Virus record (IMG/VR): IMGVR_UViG_3300031994_000017
Span: 58,023-122,022 of that record
DNA: 64,000 nt
Source: a virus
Lineage: Duplodnaviria; Heunggongvirae; Uroviricota; Caudoviricetes
Direction: 5' to 3' (one strand)
The notes beneath the pieces are model-generated. The model had not been told where the DNA came from and did no database searches. It saw only the letters and a list, made by a program, of their open reading frames with translations. This document shows, piece by piece, positions 62,436 through 64,000 of this stretch (within the stretch, counting starts at the first letter, position 1; every line of letters begins with the position of its first letter). Both the position numbers and the translations under genes were made by a program.

Positions 62436-63954
62436 CTTCAATAGGAATTAATTTAACAGGCTTTTCAAAAGTAGCCAAGGTGGTATCATAAGAAGAATCA
62501 GCTTTATCACTAGTGATAAATATAGTTGAAGAATTTTTATCTTTATAAATTTCTTTTATTTTATGAGGATACCATGGATAACAATCACCTTTATGAAGAA
62601 AATTTTTTATATCATTTTCTTTTGAATAACAATATTTACAAACATGAGTTGAACAAAAATAATGAACTTTTTTATTTAAAGAATATTCATCATTTTCATC
62701 CAAGATAATTTCATCTGGACTAATACAATATACTTGAGAGAAATTATCGCTAGTGTTGCGCAAAAAGCTATAACAAATTGAACAGGTTGAAAAAGAAGTT
62801 TCATAACAATTTGAACAAACATAACAATTTTCATCTTCAATATAAAAGGTATCTTCATCTTCGGAATTTAGCATTCTTCCGCAATTTTCACAATAGATAG
62901 GAGAAAAGTTTAAATTACATTCCATACATTCCAAAGTATTATTTACTTCATAAAAGTCAAAATCAACTTTTCCGCAAGTCATACATTGTGAAGGACCGCT
63001 ATAAATAATTTCAAGATATTTCTCTTCTTCATCTTCGTTATAATAAGCTTTTAACAATTGCGGATTAAAACGATGAACATGATGCTCATCTAATATATAA
63101 TCATTATACATAATATTTGTAATAAGATTTACGATAATATTGGCACTTTTTCCTTCATTGTCTTCGATAGGTGCGCGTTTGTTCCTAGTAAAAATAGTAG
63201 GATCATATTCCCAACCAAGATTTTGTTTAGCCAAATCCGCAATCCAGTTTACAAATAATTCTTTAACTTCGGAATAATGTTCTGGATAATCCTTAATAGA
63301 TATAATGGCTTCTTTTGTTACCACAAACAAACAGCGCCATTTTTTATTAGACCATGTTGTATTATTATCAATGTAAAAGTCATCTTTTGCGCCTTTAATA
63401 TAGCCCATAATGACACACGGAGAGTTCAGCATTTCGGTGGTTCCCAAACGATATTCACCGTCATTGCTCCATGACATACAACTACTCCAATTATAAGAAT
63501 TATCACTCATTGTCATGAAATCTAATGGATGAATAGATAAACAAAAATCACCACTAGTTTGTCTATTATTTGTAATTTGCGAAACAAAAATTCTAAAATA
63601 CTCAAATTCTTCCCAAATTGGGTCATTTTTATCAATATTTAAAGCATTAAGCAATTTACGATAAATTTTGATAATTTTTTCATTATAAGAAATTTTAATA
63701 TTTTTATTATTTGTTGTTAAAGTATAAGTTGGTTCTTTGTTTACATTATTTAAAATGGTAGTATAACTAAAAAGAGAGCGGACATAAATAGGAAGATCCC
63801 AATAAAAAACATGATTTAAAGCTTTAACAATTTTATTTTGAAGATGTTTAATAAAAAACAAAGCCCTAGAATTTTTTTCAAATTCTTTCGTCATAGTGGA
63901 AATAGTCTTATTATAAAGCACTCTTTTCTTAATAAGACAAGTATTATTGCCCAA
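62431..63954 (-). CDS. Paralog of 58625..60106 ('HPLD...NW-SC...NKKWR' domain plus C-terminal zinc ribbons)
   Basis: CLSIHPLDFMTMSDNSYNWSSC / SNKKWRCLFVV; C-terminus CMTCGK...CMEC...CENCG...CSNC...CSIC... Confidence 0.45.
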   Translation of the reverse strand: MGNNTCLIKKRVLYNKTISTMTKEFEKNSRALFFIKHLQNKIVKALNHVFYWDLPIYVRSLFSYTTILNNVNKEPTYTLTTNNKNIKISYNEKIIKIYRKLLNALNIDKNDPIWEEFEYFRIFVSQITNNRQTSGDFCLSIHPLDFMTMSDNSYNWSSCMSWSNDGEYRLGTTEMLNSPCVIMGYIKGAKDDFYIDNNTTWSNKKWRCLFVVTKEAIISIKDYPEHYSEVKELFVNWIADLAKQNLGWEYDPTIFTRNKRAPIEDNEGKSANIIVNLITNIMYNDYILDEHHVHRFNPQLLKAYYNEDEEEKYLEIIYSGPSQCMTCGKVDFDFYEVNNTLECMECNLNFSPIYCENCGRMLNSEDEDTFYIEDENCYVCSNCYETSFSTCSICYSFLRNTSDNFSQVYCISPDEIILDENDEYSLNKKVHYFCSTHVCKYCYSKENDIKNFLHKGDCYPWYPHKIKEIYKDKNSSTIFITSDKADSSYDTTLATFEKPVKLIPIEE

Positions 63955-64000
63955 CAGTTTATATAAATATTGTTCTTTGGCATTTGACCAAGTTTTAAGC

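Noticed and set aside
1-64000. Integrase, repressor or lysogeny module; CRISPR or anti-CRISPR loci.
   Set aside because: No tyrosine/serine recombinase signatures, no regular repeat-spacer arrays and no recognisable Acr families were seen in this window.

Overview
This window looks like part of a large, AT-rich phage or jumbo-phage genome. Ribosome-binding sites (AGGAGG-like) and the promoters fit a Gram-positive (Firmicutes-like) host. All inferences were made by hand. Almost every gene is on the minus strand. The early/replication and nucleic-acid-metabolism genes are a split NAD-dependent DNA ligase, the A and B subunits of a type II topoisomerase, RNase H, a PhoH-like PIN-ATPase, metallophosphoesterases, a PPP phosphatase, a polynucleotide-kinase-like P-loop protein, an RNA ligase with a tRNA-binding domain, a Thg1-like protein, serine hydroxymethyltransferase, a PurA/PurZ-like protein, a nucleoside deoxyribosyltransferase-like protein, an SPFH protein, two vWA proteins (one Ro60-like) and HNH, GIY-YIG and PD-(D/E)xK-like nucleases. 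A late structural module (about 10.7-26 kb) carries an endolysin with SH3b domains, several tail-fiber or receptor-binding paralogs, a GT2-TPR protein and a roughly 1200-aa virion protein. A cluster of roughly 28 minus-strand tRNAs (45.6-57.8 kb) is interspersed with GC-richer non-coding stretches. The key observation is that TAG is read as a sense codon, most likely Gln (genetic code 15-like). Many genes are interrupted only by in-frame TAG: PhoH2, the endolysin, the tail fibers, the 1200-aa protein, SHMT, the homing endonuclease, and others. In PhoH one TAG aligns with the conserved Gln of the PhoH-family 'GD-x-TQ-I/V-DL' motif (recalled from memory). A tRNA with a CUA anticodon (amber suppressor) is encoded in the tRNA cluster. 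About 20 copies of one conserved sigma70-like promoter motif (TTGAYTTTT-N17/18-TATAATATATATAGAAAA on the minus strand) precede early/middle genes and tRNA/ncRNA blocks. The motif is absent from the late module.
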